Assembly: GCA_902784345.1 (NCBI GenBank)
Contig: CACZUD010000003.1
Coordinates: forward strand, 27,876-91,875
Length of the DNA: 64,000 nt
Origin: an uncultured Pseudomonadota bacterium
Lineage (GTDB): Bacteria > Pseudomonadota > Alphaproteobacteria > Rs-D84
Reading direction: 5' to 3'
The stretch's first letter is position 1, and each line of letters opens with the position of its first letter. This document shows, one piece after another, positions 54,535 to 64,000 of the stretch. The notes beneath the pieces were generated by a model. That model searched no databases. It saw only the letters and a list, made by a program, of their open reading frames with translations, and was not told the DNA's origin. A program made the translations under genes and the position numbers.

Positions 54535-54706
54535 GTTTGTATAGACAAGGGAAAAGTTAAATAAAACCCCCGGAAATCTGGAAAAACTGGAAATCTGGGA
54601 AAAAATAAAAAATAACAAAAAGTAAAAATAAAAAATTGTAAATACACTGGTAAATACAAAAATTTTTACTTTTTTACAAAAAAAGCCCTGAAAGGAGGGA
54701 AACCAC

Positions 54707-55036
54707 ATGCCAAAAAATATCAAAGAAATAATGATTGCCCTTAACAAAGTTCTTACAACAACTGTTTGGGTTAATGCCGATCGTCAAATCGTATCTTTAA
54801 GTGATGAATTGCATATCGGTAAAAATAACGCACCACGTTCTATCGAAGATTTATCTCGCACAGCTTTGATTGGTGCGTATGTTTCTTTGCAAATAAGAAC
54901 AGACAATTTTGATGTTGCTGCTGAAACTCTGGAAACACCAGATTTGGCATTGCGCGTAAAAGAAATGGTTTTCGCAGAAGCTAAAAAGATTATGGATGCT
55001 GGCGAAACAGCAGAATCACAACGCAAAGCAGCATAA
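54707..55036 (+). CDS. hypothetical protein
   Basis: 109-aa ORF with an AAGGAGGG RBS. No family recognised. Confidence 0.55.
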   Translation: MPKNIKEIMIALNKVLTTTVWVNADRQIVSLSDELHIGKNNAPRSIEDLSRTALIGAYVSLQIRTDNFDVAAETLETPDLALRVKEMVFAEAKKIMDAGETAESQRKAA

Positions 55037-55063
55037 CACAGTTTCCGTTTATCGGAAGGAAGG

Positions 55064-55104
55064 GAGTCCCGCCACAGATGCAAATCTGTGGCGGACTTTT
55101 TTTA
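55064..55104. terminator. bidirectional terminator
   Basis: agtcccgccacagat / atctgtggcggact hairpin followed by TTTTTTT. Confidence 0.7.
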
Positions 55105-55407
55105 TCGTCCCTGATTCAGCATGCGCACATCATCAAATTCTGGGTGTTCAACAAATATCTTTGAAATATAAGGACATATTGTCATAACTTTGCGGTGCTG
55201 TTCACGTGCAATGTTTATAATTTCTTGGACTAAGTATAGTTCAATGTCTTGGGCTTGATATTCTGGGTCAATTTCGGCTTCACTTATCATGATTTTATCA
55301 GACCCAACCCGAACAAAAAACAAATTGCCGATTTTTCGTCCATGGCAAATTGCGTATATGCGACATCCGTTATCGCCAATCTGAAAAGTTATGTCGTTTC
55401 TGTTCAT
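55102..55407 (-). CDS. small GNAT-family N-acetyltransferase (YjdJ/GNAT_CG-like)
   Basis: First ATG gives MNRNDITFQ. The C-terminal ICPYISKIFVEHPEFDDV motif is typical of the about 100-aa GNAT_CG proteins. Confidence 0.6.
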   Translation of the reverse strand: MNRNDITFQIGDNGCRIYAICHGRKIGNLFFVRVGSDKIMISEAEIDPEYQAQDIELYLVQEIINIAREQHRKVMTICPYISKIFVEHPEFDDVRMLNQGR

Positions 55408-55479
55408 ATAAAAAATCCAGTGCAATTTTTAATAAAATATAACACTGGATTTTTCGTAAAGACCATAAGATTGATTTCT

Positions 55480-56409
55480 TTAAATCAAATCAAAGTTTTT
55501 GCGTATGATTTTCGCACTTTTGCGCAGGGCGACAGATTCTTCTTTGCTTAATTTTGTATGCAAAGTTGTTATGACACCGTTTTCACCGACAATGCGTGGC
55601 AATGACATTGCGACAGCATCTTTACCATTGCCGTCAACAGTCGATACCGATAATATGCGTTTTTCATCGTTAACAATTGCGTGTAATAAATCTGCAACTG
55701 CCGCGCCAATACCATCCCAAGTTGCACCGCGGCCTTGGATTATTTCGTATGCCGCATTGCGAACGCGATGTTCGATGGTTTTGCGTGTTGTTGCGGGCAG
55801 GGCGATTTTGGCCTGTTTGCAAAAATCATCCAGTGCGATTCCACCAATCGATACTGATTCCCAATTCACGACAGAAGAATCACCATGTTCACCCAAAACA
55901 TAAGAATTTATCGAACGTGTCGATACGCCCAATTGTCGCGATAATATAATTTTAAGACGTGCAGAATCCAACATTGTACCTGTTCCAATGACGCGACCAG
56001 CAGGCAATTTAGACAATTTCTGTGCCAACATAACCATTACATCCAATGGATTTGTAACAACAATGATTTTTACTTTCTTAGAATCTACGTTTGCCATAAC
56101 GCGTGGAACGATATCAGATATAACTGCTACATTTTTTTGCAATAAATCAGTGCGCGTTTCGCCAGGCTTTTGATTTGCACCAGCGGCAATAATAACAATT
56201 TCGCAACCGCGTATGGCGCGATAAGTATTTACAGCGGTTATTTTTACGTCGTAAGAAAATGCGGATGCGTGACCCAAATCTTCGGCGGCGGCGCGTGCAC
56301 GAACACCATCGCGGTCAAACAAAACTATTTCGTGTGCAAGACCTGTATTTTTTACAGCCGTTGCAACCGCGGACCCAACCGACCCAACACCAATAATTGC
56401 TATCTTCAT
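55480..56409 (-). CDS. ldh: L-lactate dehydrogenase
   Basis: Start MKIAIIGVGSVGSAVA after a GGAGAA RBS. AGANQKPGETR (Gln at the specificity position), DSARL, LGEHGDS. Confidence 0.85.
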   Translation of the reverse strand: MKIAIIGVGSVGSAVATAVKNTGLAHEIVLFDRDGVRARAAAEDLGHASAFSYDVKITAVNTYRAIRGCEIVIIAAGANQKPGETRTDLLQKNVAVISDIVPRVMANVDSKKVKIIVVTNPLDVMVMLAQKLSKLPAGRVIGTGTMLDSARLKIILSRQLGVSTRSINSYVLGEHGDSSVVNWESVSIGGIALDDFCKQAKIALPATTRKTIEHRVRNAAYEIIQGRGATWDGIGAAVADLLHAIVNDEKRILSVSTVDGNGKDAVAMSLPRIVGENGVITTLHTKLSKEESVALRKSAKIIRKNFDLI

Positions 56410-56485
56410 AAATTTCTCCATTTTCAATGCAAATATTATATCACATTTTGCAAATAAAAAAAACGGGGTTTTAATACCCCGCTTT

Positions 56486-57922
56486 TTAATAAGATTTTGC
56501 AACAAAGACAAAACTTGGGTCTTTGTCGTCAAGGCAACGTCGGCTGATTTTATATTTTTCAATCAGACCATCAAATTCTTCGTTCGTTGTTAAATCGTAT
56601 TTGATACGAAAGAATCCGATTTTTCCAGATTTCAATGCAGATTCTAATTCTTTCAAATCTTTGACATCGTTAATCATTGTCGCATTACGCTTTTCAACGG
56701 CAACCAACATATCGTGTTGAATTGTGTCTAACAAAGATTTTGCTTTTGACATAAAATCATCAACAGATAAAGTTTGTTTTGATGCTTTGCCCAAATCACG
56801 ACGTGTTATTGTCAAAGTTTTTTCAGTCATTTCACGCGCGCCAATTTCAACACGTAATGGCACACCGCGTTTTATCCATTTCCACATTTTATCTGGTGCA
56901 CGTGCATCAGAATCATCAACCAATACGCGAATACCCAAACCGCGTAATTCTTCGCCCAGTTTGTTTGCGTATGCATTTAATTCTTTTTCGTTTTCATCGC
57001 GTGTAATTGGAATAATAACAATTTGATATGGTGCAACCGCCGGTGGCAATATCAAACCGTCATCATCAGAATGTGTCATGAACAAACCGCCCATCATACG
57101 TGTAGATGTTCCCCAAGATGTTGTCCAAGCGTGAGTTAGTTTGCCATCTGTACCCAAATATTGAATACCAAACGATTTTGCAAAATGTTGTCCCAAGTCG
57201 TGAGATGTTCCGGCTTGCAATGCTTTCCCGTCTTGCATAATTTGTTCGACAGTATAAGTATGGTCTGCGCCGGCAAATCTTTCTTCTGGTGTTTTTTCAC
57301 CCATTATAACAGGTATCGCCAAAACGTTAGCCATGTATTCTGCGTACATTTTATGCATTTTGCGTGCATCTGCATTAGATTCTTCGTGCGATGCAAAAAC
57401 ATTGTGTCCTTCTTGCCAGTTAAATTCAGCAGTACGCAAGAATAATCTTGGTCGCATTTCCCAACGCATAACATTAACCCACTGATTTAATTTCAAAGGT
57501 AAATCGCGATAAGATTGAACCCAGCGCGACATCGCTTCACCAATAATGGTTTCAGATGTTGGACGAATAACATAAGGTTCAGTTAATTTTGCATCAGGGT
57601 CTGGTTGCAAAGTTCCATCAATCATTTTCAATCTGTGATGTGTAACAACTGCACATTCTTTTGCGAAACCTGCAACATGTTCTGCTTCTTTGTTAAAGAA
57701 ATCGATAGGTATCAATAATGGGAAATTCGCATTTAATACACCGTTCGCCTTGATGCGTTTATCCATTTCATCACGCATCAATTCCCATATTGCCCAACCA
57801 TAAGGTTTTATTGTCATACAACCACGCACAGGCGAATTTTCAGCCAAATCAGCGGCTGTGATTAGATTTTGATACCATTCGCTAAAATTTTCTTCTCTTG
57901 TAGGTGTTATTGCTGTTTTCAT
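56486..57922 (-). CDS. proS: prolyl-tRNA synthetase (archaeal/eukaryote-like type, no editing insertion)
   Basis: 478 aa. FSEWYQNLITAADLAENSPVRGCMTIKPYGWAIWE, class-II motifs, C-terminal ProRS-C1-like domain ending ...AKSY. Confidence 0.9.
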   Translation of the reverse strand: MKTAITPTREENFSEWYQNLITAADLAENSPVRGCMTIKPYGWAIWELMRDEMDKRIKANGVLNANFPLLIPIDFFNKEAEHVAGFAKECAVVTHHRLKMIDGTLQPDPDAKLTEPYVIRPTSETIIGEAMSRWVQSYRDLPLKLNQWVNVMRWEMRPRLFLRTAEFNWQEGHNVFASHEESNADARKMHKMYAEYMANVLAIPVIMGEKTPEERFAGADHTYTVEQIMQDGKALQAGTSHDLGQHFAKSFGIQYLGTDGKLTHAWTTSWGTSTRMMGGLFMTHSDDDGLILPPAVAPYQIVIIPITRDENEKELNAYANKLGEELRGLGIRVLVDDSDARAPDKMWKWIKRGVPLRVEIGAREMTEKTLTITRRDLGKASKQTLSVDDFMSKAKSLLDTIQHDMLVAVEKRNATMINDVKDLKELESALKSGKIGFFRIKYDLTTNEEFDGLIEKYKISRRCLDDKDPSFVFVAKSY

Positions 57923-57944
57923 TTTTTTACCACTCTTAATTTTT

Positions 57945-58754
57945 TTATTTATTTTCCATGTATTTATCTGAAATTATTTTGTGCAGTGTGTCTGCAATTT
58001 GTTTTCTGTCCATACCCGACAAGTCGGGACATGGTAAAACTTCGATTTCAACCAAAAATCCGCCCAGCATCATGATATGGAACACTTGCATAAAGGCACT
58101 GCGTTCGCGTTCGCAGTATGGACCACAATCCATTTTTTTATTATCAAAGTATGCAAAATGGTTTGCCAAATCTTCATCATTTATTTTTGTTCCGTCGTGC
58201 AAACGATAATGTATAACCACAGGTTGTACTGTTGCGCCTGTCTTTTCAACCACATCAAACATAGAACTTTTGAATTGTTTTACATATGCACCGTTAGTAG
58301 AAGTTCCTTCGGGAAAAATAAACAATGGGTAATCAACAGATTCTAATTCTTTTTGTATCGCGTTCAAAGCTTCTGTGGCATGTGAAGGACGACGGTCGAT
58401 AAACACAACCCCAAATTTTTTTGCCATCCAACCAATCAATGGCCAAGATTCTAATTCTTTTTTGCCAAAGAATGAACCACCAAACGCCACCGGAATAGTA
58501 GATAATTCAAATACAGATATATGATTAGCTACACACAGCAAAGGACGTTTTGATGAAAGTTTTCCTTTGACTTTTAAACGAACCCCCATAAACCAATTAA
58601 ATTGGTGCATAAACATTCGCATATATCTTACAGACAATTTTCCGCGTGGAATGAAACACAAAATAATTGCATTTGCGCATACAAAAAACCATGCAGCACA
58701 AAATTTTATTGCTGCCCATATTGTTGTAAATATGTTTTGTTTGCGGATTTGCAT
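57945..58754 (-). CDS. olsA: lysophospholipid acyltransferase (PlsC family), probable lyso-ornithine lipid O-acyltransferase
   Basis: GAGGAA RBS before the ATG at 58754. HX4(D/E) motif VANHISVFE and FIFPEGTSTNG. It immediately follows the OlsB-like gene. Confidence 0.6.
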   Translation of the reverse strand: MQIRKQNIFTTIWAAIKFCAAWFFVCANAIILCFIPRGKLSVRYMRMFMHQFNWFMGVRLKVKGKLSSKRPLLCVANHISVFELSTIPVAFGGSFFGKKELESWPLIGWMAKKFGVVFIDRRPSHATEALNAIQKELESVDYPLFIFPEGTSTNGAYVKQFKSSMFDVVEKTGATVQPVVIHYRLHDGTKINDEDLANHFAYFDNKKMDCGPYCERERSAFMQVFHIMMLGGFLVEIEVLPCPDLSGMDRKQIADTLHKIISDKYMENK

Positions 58755-58758
58755 TTTT

Positions 58759-59721
58759 TTATCTTTCCTCTTCTTCTGCATCTTCTGATTCTTTGTCGAT
58801 ATATTCGACATCGTTTACGTCTTCGCGAATGATTAATTCTGCAAGAGCACGCAAAGCCTTTGCTGTACCAGTAATTGGTGACATAATTATTTTACCAAAT
58901 ATGTGCAACGGTCCTTCTTTGATGCCCAAATCTGCGAATGCTGTTTCGGAACCTGTAAAATGTTTCTGATATGTTTTATCTATATCTTTTGTTTGCACCA
59001 ACACGAACACGTCGTATGTTCCGAACGCCTTGTCGATAAATACACCGCGACCAAATGTTGCGCCAAGACGCAAATAGCCCTTTATCAAAGGTGTCATTTG
59101 TTTCTTTGCTTCTTCTTCATCGACAAATACACGTGGCAAGATATTCATTTGCGTCATACGCGGATCAATGCTTGGGTCAATGTTTTCTTTTAACACTGTT
59201 GCACGCAAACGAGATGGTGATAAACAGTTGTAATAGAGATAAGATATCGCCTGTGCCGATGTTGCAGGGTTTGTTCCAACAAAAGATGGGACACCAAACA
59301 AAATCGCAACTTTGCGTTTAACAACATATTCACAAAGCCCAGCCCAAAGCAAACGCATAACCAATCCGTTTTCACGATATTCGGCGTTTACACAAGCACG
59401 CGACATTTCTGCAATATTACCATTTATGCGTTTAATTTTAGACAAATTAAATTCAGTTTCTGTATAAAAACCACCCATTTTTTCAGCGGCTTCACGATCT
59501 ATGATACGATATGTTCCAACGATTTTTTTGTTATGAAACACCGCCATATAATCAGCATATGTATCATATGCATCATATTCTTCGCCAAGGTTTTTTTGTT
59601 CTTCTGTTGCACCAGCACCTTCTTCCATGCAAAATACTTCATATCGCAATTGACGCACCTGTTTTCTTTCTTCTTTAGTGCGAGTTAAACGTACTTCGTA
59701 ATCACGAACTTTTATAGCCAT
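58759..59721 (-). CDS. olsB: GNAT-like N-acyltransferase (hemolysin-like/OlsB family), probable ornithine N-acyltransferase
   Basis: Start MAIKVRDYEVRL. RQLRYEVFCMEEG...GTYRII...ETEFNL...EMSRACV pattern of OlsB-type acyltransferases. Paired with a PlsC-family gene. Confidence 0.6.
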   Translation of the reverse strand: MAIKVRDYEVRLTRTKEERKQVRQLRYEVFCMEEGAGATEEQKNLGEEYDAYDTYADYMAVFHNKKIVGTYRIIDREAAEKMGGFYTETEFNLSKIKRINGNIAEMSRACVNAEYRENGLVMRLLWAGLCEYVVKRKVAILFGVPSFVGTNPATSAQAISYLYYNCLSPSRLRATVLKENIDPSIDPRMTQMNILPRVFVDEEEAKKQMTPLIKGYLRLGATFGRGVFIDKAFGTYDVFVLVQTKDIDKTYQKHFTGSETAFADLGIKEGPLHIFGKIIMSPITGTAKALRALAELIIREDVNDVEYIDKESEDAEEEER

Positions 59722-59830
59722 AATATTTCCTTTATGATGTATAACAAGAATTTTATCAAAGAAAAACACTATAAGCAATGTTTTTTATTTTTACTGGACT
59801 TTTACATTTTTTTATATATGAGGGAATTTT

Positions 59831-60889
59831 TTATTTCAATTTTTCAGACAATTCGCCGATTGCAATCGCATACCAAGATGAATTATTCCATCTTTTTATT
59901 CTGTAAAAATTAGGGTAAGTTAAATACGCTTTTATGACAGGGGCGGGTGCAACATCGCTGTCAACACTTTCTGATTCATCAGTTCGTTGTGGTTGATATA
60001 AATCACGTTGCGCAATTTCCTTGGTATCTGCAACCAAACCAACAATTGTTTCAGATTGTTGCAGTGGTGTTCCATCAAGATTTGTTACGCCCATATTTGA
60101 CCATTCTGTGAAACTTTTTTTAACATCGCCATTTAAAACCGTTCTGTCAAAATCAGCAGGCAATATAACCTTTTTTATAATTGGTTCATTTTTATTCCAG
60201 CCCAGTTTGTTCAGGTAATTTCCGGCACTGAACATTGCATCACCAACACTGTTTATTATATCGATACGACCATCATTGTTTCCATCTACCCCGTATTGTG
60301 CCAGCGTTGTCGGTATAAATTGGAAATGTCCCATCGCACCAGCCCATGAACCATGAATGTTATTTATTGGTAATTTATTTTTATCTGCGATTTTCATCAG
60401 GGCAATAAGTTGCTTTGTAAAAAACTCTTCACGTCTGCCATCGTAAATAAGAGTTAAAAACGCACTTGTTAATTGGTGTTTTGATTTAATTGCGCCATAA
60501 TTGGATTCCATTCCCCAAAACGCTAATATCACATTTCTGGGAATTCCATATTTGTTTTCAACATGTCCCAAAAGAGTAGGGTATTCGCGCGCTTTTTTGC
60601 GTCCTTTGGTAATACGTTCATCGCTTACAGTTCGGGATAAATACTGTTCCAATGTCAAAGTAAATTCAGATTGATTTTTGTCAGATTTTATTATTCCTGG
60701 AACAATAAAAGGTGATTTTAATGTTTCGTCTATGACAGATTTACTGATATTTTGTTCTGTTGCTTTTGTACGAATGCCTGTCAGAATATTGTCCCATCTT
60801 TCCAAATCAAAAGCGCCTTTGTTGGCAAAAGATGCACCCATTGTGCACATATAAAATATCCCAAAAAGCACAGGCAATCTATATTTCAT
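59831..60889 (-). CDS. lytic murein transglycosylase (MltB/SLT_2 family)
   Basis: Signal peptide. Catalytic region ILAFWGMESNYG, SWAGAMGHFQFIPTT, DGNNDGRID. Confidence 0.85.
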   Translation of the reverse strand: MKYRLPVLFGIFYMCTMGASFANKGAFDLERWDNILTGIRTKATEQNISKSVIDETLKSPFIVPGIIKSDKNQSEFTLTLEQYLSRTVSDERITKGRKKAREYPTLLGHVENKYGIPRNVILAFWGMESNYGAIKSKHQLTSAFLTLIYDGRREEFFTKQLIALMKIADKNKLPINNIHGSWAGAMGHFQFIPTTLAQYGVDGNNDGRIDIINSVGDAMFSAGNYLNKLGWNKNEPIIKKVILPADFDRTVLNGDVKKSFTEWSNMGVTNLDGTPLQQSETIVGLVADTKEIAQRDLYQPQRTDESESVDSDVAPAPVIKAYLTYPNFYRIKRWNNSSWYAIAIGELSEKLK

Positions 60890-60907
60890 ACCTTTCCATT
60901 TGATCGA

Positions 60908-62386
60908 TTAAAAAGAATATTTCAACCCCAAGTGCAAACCAAAAGATTGCCATGTGGCTTCTTTCAAAGATTCTGATACATATTCTGTGTATGCTGGCTG
61001 TTTTTCAATAATGAAATTACCAGGATTGTTAACGTCTTCAACGTAAATATATGATTCTGCAACATATAATTCACCAGGTATCTTGCCAATATGGAAATAA
61101 GTGGTATCTGCTTTTAAAGATAATTGCATACGGTCAGAAAGCTTGTACATGTATTCCATTTCCGCTTCGTAAGAAAATGCACCGTTTGTACCTTTGTCTA
61201 AGAAACTAGGATTTTGTTGCCAGTCATCACGATTTGGCCATGTGCCTTCGGAAGAATATTGTGGCATACTTACTTGAGCATAGAAACGCAATTTATCCGC
61301 AAGCGTCATTTGCTTTTCCAGTTCTAACCCAAGGTAAAAACCAGACCAAGTTGTGTTATAAATATGCGTTGTGCCGTCAACTTTTACAACGCCATCGCCG
61401 CCAATAACTATACAGTCGCCAGAGACCACACCCCATGGCAAGTCGCCCATGCTGGTGTTATAATCAATGGTTGTCAGTTCTGTTCCTATGAACGTAATGC
61501 CACCACCTAAATCAGTGCCGCCTGTTGGGGCATTAACAACCTTGATATCTTCTGGGCCCATACAAACTTGATAAAAATTCGAATCTTGGGAAACGTCTAC
61601 ACCCTGTGGAACCGCAAAATAGTTTCTTTCGTCATCACCAAATACATAGTCGCCATTAACTGTCATCAAAGGCAGATATATCCCAGGATTAGGATATATG
61701 TGATCACCCATCTTTAAATCGTGTTTAAATATTTCGTAACCAATATGTGGGGTTAATTTCCATCCGCCCAAATCCCAAACATTATGTGCAGCAACGCCAA
61801 ACTTCAATTTGTTTAAAGTTCCGCTTTGGTTTCCCATAGATATTGTGAAAATACCATCTGTTGGATAAGCATAATCATATGGTTCCAAATCGTAATCCAT
61901 TGACATACCGCCGCTGGCCATTTTTCCATAAGTGTATCCACCATACACGGCCAAATCAAAACCATGAATATCAAAAACATGTTTTGCGCCGACATTGATT
62001 TCATTGAAAATCATATCGTCCCATTCTAAAATGGAATTAACGCCAGTCTTAAATTCAAAATCAGCGAAACGACGTGAATAATCTGCATACACGGTTGTTC
62101 TGCTTTCCGCAGGTTCTGAAATACCGTTTGTGGTTGTTGAACCGTAATATGTTGGTAATTGTGGACGCGGAACCTGATAGGAATAACTTTGTGAAGATAC
62201 AATCTGTTTTGTGCCGGAATTGCCGACATATTGTGTGTAACCCTGTTTTTGATATTTGCTGTATGCGGCGCGGTTGGCGTTCATCTGTGAATTATTTGAG
62301 TAATATGATGGTACACCTTCGTTTGATGCAAAGCACGCAGACGAAGCCGCAATCGAGCATAAAAAGACTAAAAATGTGTTTTTCAT
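60908..62386 (-). CDS. outer-membrane beta-barrel protein (unknown family)
   Basis: Start MKNTFLVFLCSIAASSACFA after an AAAGGAAG RBS. Alternating beta-strand pattern. C-terminal OMP signature GLHLGLKYSF. Confidence 0.65.
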   Translation of the reverse strand: MKNTFLVFLCSIAASSACFASNEGVPSYYSNNSQMNANRAAYSKYQKQGYTQYVGNSGTKQIVSSQSYSYQVPRPQLPTYYGSTTTNGISEPAESRTTVYADYSRRFADFEFKTGVNSILEWDDMIFNEINVGAKHVFDIHGFDLAVYGGYTYGKMASGGMSMDYDLEPYDYAYPTDGIFTISMGNQSGTLNKLKFGVAAHNVWDLGGWKLTPHIGYEIFKHDLKMGDHIYPNPGIYLPLMTVNGDYVFGDDERNYFAVPQGVDVSQDSNFYQVCMGPEDIKVVNAPTGGTDLGGGITFIGTELTTIDYNTSMGDLPWGVVSGDCIVIGGDGVVKVDGTTHIYNTTWSGFYLGLELEKQMTLADKLRFYAQVSMPQYSSEGTWPNRDDWQQNPSFLDKGTNGAFSYEAEMEYMYKLSDRMQLSLKADTTYFHIGKIPGELYVAESYIYVEDVNNPGNFIIEKQPAYTEYVSESLKEATWQSFGLHLGLKYSF

Positions 62387-62462
62387 CTTCCTTTCGTACG
62401 ATTTATTATACCACAAAAAAGCAATTAAAAAAAGTATTTGTTTGTATTGAATTTTATTTTTC

Positions 62463-63539
62463 ATGAATTATCATGATTTTACTATGAACAAAGCCCATAA
62501 CTTATACATTCACGTCCCTTTTTGTATGTCAAAGTGCAATTATTGCGCATTTTATTCGTTTGCATGTAAAAGTCCGGATTGGACGGAATATGCAAATAAA
62601 ATTTGCAACGAATTAAGATTTTGGTCGCAAAAACTGGGAAAAATAAATGTTCCAACAATCTTTTTTGGTGGCGGGACCCCTTCTTTGATGCCTGTTTCAA
62701 TATTTGAACAGATAATGAACAGTATAAATCAAAATTTTAAGGTCGATGAAAACTGTGAAATTACGTTAGAATCAAATCCCGGAACGATAGATAAAGATAA
62801 ATTATTGGGATTTGTATCAAACGGTGTAAATCGGTTGTCTGTGGGTGTGCAGTCGCTTAATGATGAAGAATTAAAATTCCTTGGACGCAGGCATGATGTG
62901 AAAACAGCGATAAATCTATTAGAAACTGCACAAAATATGAATTTGCGTGTAAATGCAGATTTTATCTATGGACTGCCTAATCAAAAAACAGCGAATGTTG
63001 TCAATTTGTGTGAAAATATAAATAAATTGGGCTTGTCGCATGTGTCGATGTATGAACTGACAATCGAAAAAAATACGCCGTTTGGAAAAATGAATTTGAA
63101 TATGCCAGATAATGAAAAAATGGCAAAAATGTATGATGCGATACCACAAATTTTATCCCTGCCACGATATGAAGTTTCTAATTATGCTGCGTCAGGCAAC
63201 GAATGCCGCCATAATCTAAATGTTTGGTCTGGTGCTGCGTATATAGGTATTGGCAAAGGTGCGGCAGGTCGTGTTTATTTTGATAATACTTGGTTTGAAC
63301 AACGCGGCAATTTTGAATGCTTTGAAAAAATGTCAGATGATACACGTGCAACTGAAAAAGTTATAACAGGAATGCGAACAATGCGTGGTGTAAAATTAAG
63401 CGAAGATGTAAAAAAGCAACTTGATTTTGACTGGATAAATTCACACAAAGATTTGGTTGAAATAGATGGCGAATATTTGCATACTACCGACAAAGGTTTG
63501 CTGATACTGGACGATATAATTGTGGATATAATAAAATGA
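62463..63539 (+). CDS. hemW: radical SAM heme chaperone HemW (HemN-like, oxygen-independent coproporphyrinogen oxidase family)
   Basis: YIHVPFCMSKCNYCAF (CxxxCxxC), FFGGGTPS, HemN_C-like tail. Confidence 0.85.
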   Translation: MNYHDFTMNKAHNLYIHVPFCMSKCNYCAFYSFACKSPDWTEYANKICNELRFWSQKLGKINVPTIFFGGGTPSLMPVSIFEQIMNSINQNFKVDENCEITLESNPGTIDKDKLLGFVSNGVNRLSVGVQSLNDEELKFLGRRHDVKTAINLLETAQNMNLRVNADFIYGLPNQKTANVVNLCENINKLGLSHVSMYELTIEKNTPFGKMNLNMPDNEKMAKMYDAIPQILSLPRYEVSNYAASGNECRHNLNVWSGAAYIGIGKGAAGRVYFDNTWFEQRGNFECFEKMSDDTRATEKVITGMRTMRGVKLSEDVKKQLDFDWINSHKDLVEIDGEYLHTTDKGLLILDDIIVDIIK

Positions 63540-64000
63540 AAAACAAATTTTTAAATATTATTGGAATGGTTGCCGTATGTGTTGCGGTAATGATTGCTGT
63601 TTGTTCAACAAAGGGGAAAGTAATGAGTGTTGGTATAAAAACTGAAAATATGGATTTAGGTGTCAATCCAGGAAATGACTTTTATGATTTTGCAACAAAG
63701 GGTTGGCGAAAAGCAAATCCGATTCCTGATGATTATACGCGCTATGGTTCCTTTGATATGTTAATCGAAGAAAACAATAAACGTGTTCGTGAAATTGTCG
63801 AAAATGATAACGGTAAAATAGGGCTGCTTTATAAAATAGCCATGGATGAAGAAAAATTAAATGCAGACAAAACAAATCCTGTGAAACCATATTTGGATGA
63901 AGTCGACGCAATAAAATCAAAAGAAGATTTACCAAAATATCTGGGTAAAATGCATCGTTTTTCTTCTGCATTTTGGGGTGATGGTGTTGGTCTGGACGAA
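63536..64000 (+). CDS. pepO: M13-family metallopeptidase (PepO/endothelin-converting-enzyme-like), N-terminal part; 3' end beyond window
   Basis: ATGA overlap with the hemW stop. Lipoprotein-like signal MKNKFLNIIGMVAVCVAVMIAVCS. NPGNDFYDFATKGWRKANPIPDDYTRYGSFDML is the typical M13 N-terminus. The frame stays open to base 64000. Confidence 0.75.
   Translation, partial: MKNKFLNIIGMVAVCVAVMIAVCSTKGKVMSVGIKTENMDLGVNPGNDFYDFATKGWRKANPIPDDYTRYGSFDMLIEENNKRVREIVENDNGKIGLLYKIAMDEEKLNADKTNPVKPYLDEVDAIKSKEDLPKYLGKMHRFSSAFWGDGVGLDE

Noticed and set aside
56410-56562. 51-codon N-terminal extension of the ldh ORF
   Set aside because: The extension overlaps the 3' end of proS and has no dehydrogenase-like sequence. 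A GGAGAA RBS precedes the internal ATG, which gives the canonical MKIAIIGVGSVG Rossmann start.
1-64000. CRISPR arrays, rRNA operons, integrases, transposases, restriction-modification or known defence-system genes
   Set aside because: I scanned for regularly spaced direct repeats and for the hallmark motifs of these families in the six-frame track. None was found. The only repeats are the 29-bp rplJ duplication, the plsX-tail duplication, the inverted repeats of the DUF559 cassette and the CGAATCG cluster.

Overview
AT-rich 64-kb chromosomal segment. GC content was judged by eye, not computed. It most likely comes from an uncultured or host-associated alphaproteobacterium. The taxonomic inference rests on GapR/DUF2312, an olsB-olsA-like ornithine-lipid pair, an alphaproteobacterial-type MerR and L7/L12, and GANTC-containing control regions. 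L-LDH, pyruvate kinase and acyl-ACP thioesterase suggest a fermentative lifestyle. All family calls come from motif recognition in the supplied translations; no database search was possible.

The backbone is housekeeping: valS (partial), rpmH, gyrA, def-fmt-truA, pyk, recR, rsmA, lspA-yidC, tRNA-Trp-secE-nusG-rplKAJL-rpoBC, rpmF-plsX, ldh, proS, hemW and pepO (partial). There are also tRNA-Glu(CUC), tRNA-Gln(UUG) and a MarR-TolC-adaptor-RND efflux operon.

Unusual content:
1. A four-gene exported cluster (6.3-10.1 kb) built from two paralogous Gly/Ala/Thr-rich Cys-stabilised proteins. Each is translationally coupled (ATGA overlap) to an enzyme-like exported partner.
2. An isolated virB8-virB9-virB10 operon (33.0-37.7 kb) with no ATPase, pilin or coupling-protein genes in the window. 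Its VirB9 carries a C-terminal SPOR-like domain. Its VirB10 is about twice normal size with a Cys-rich tail. A comEC gene lies 10 kb away, which suggests a ComB-like DNA-uptake role.
3. A DUF559 (Vsr-fold) endonuclease cassette bounded by GC-rich inverted repeats. It is inserted at the 3' end of plsX and flanked by two copies of the plsX tail.
4. A perfect 29-bp tandem duplication that frameshifts rplJ, next to an rplL that lacks its N-terminal dimerisation domain.
5. Two Cys/His-rich small proteins embedded in the def-fmt-truA operon.
6. A 791-aa exported Arg/Ser/Thr-rich, Cys-rich protein.
7. A cluster of CGAATCG (GANTC-containing) repeats at a promoter downstream of virB10.

No CRISPR array, rRNA, integrase or transposase was seen.
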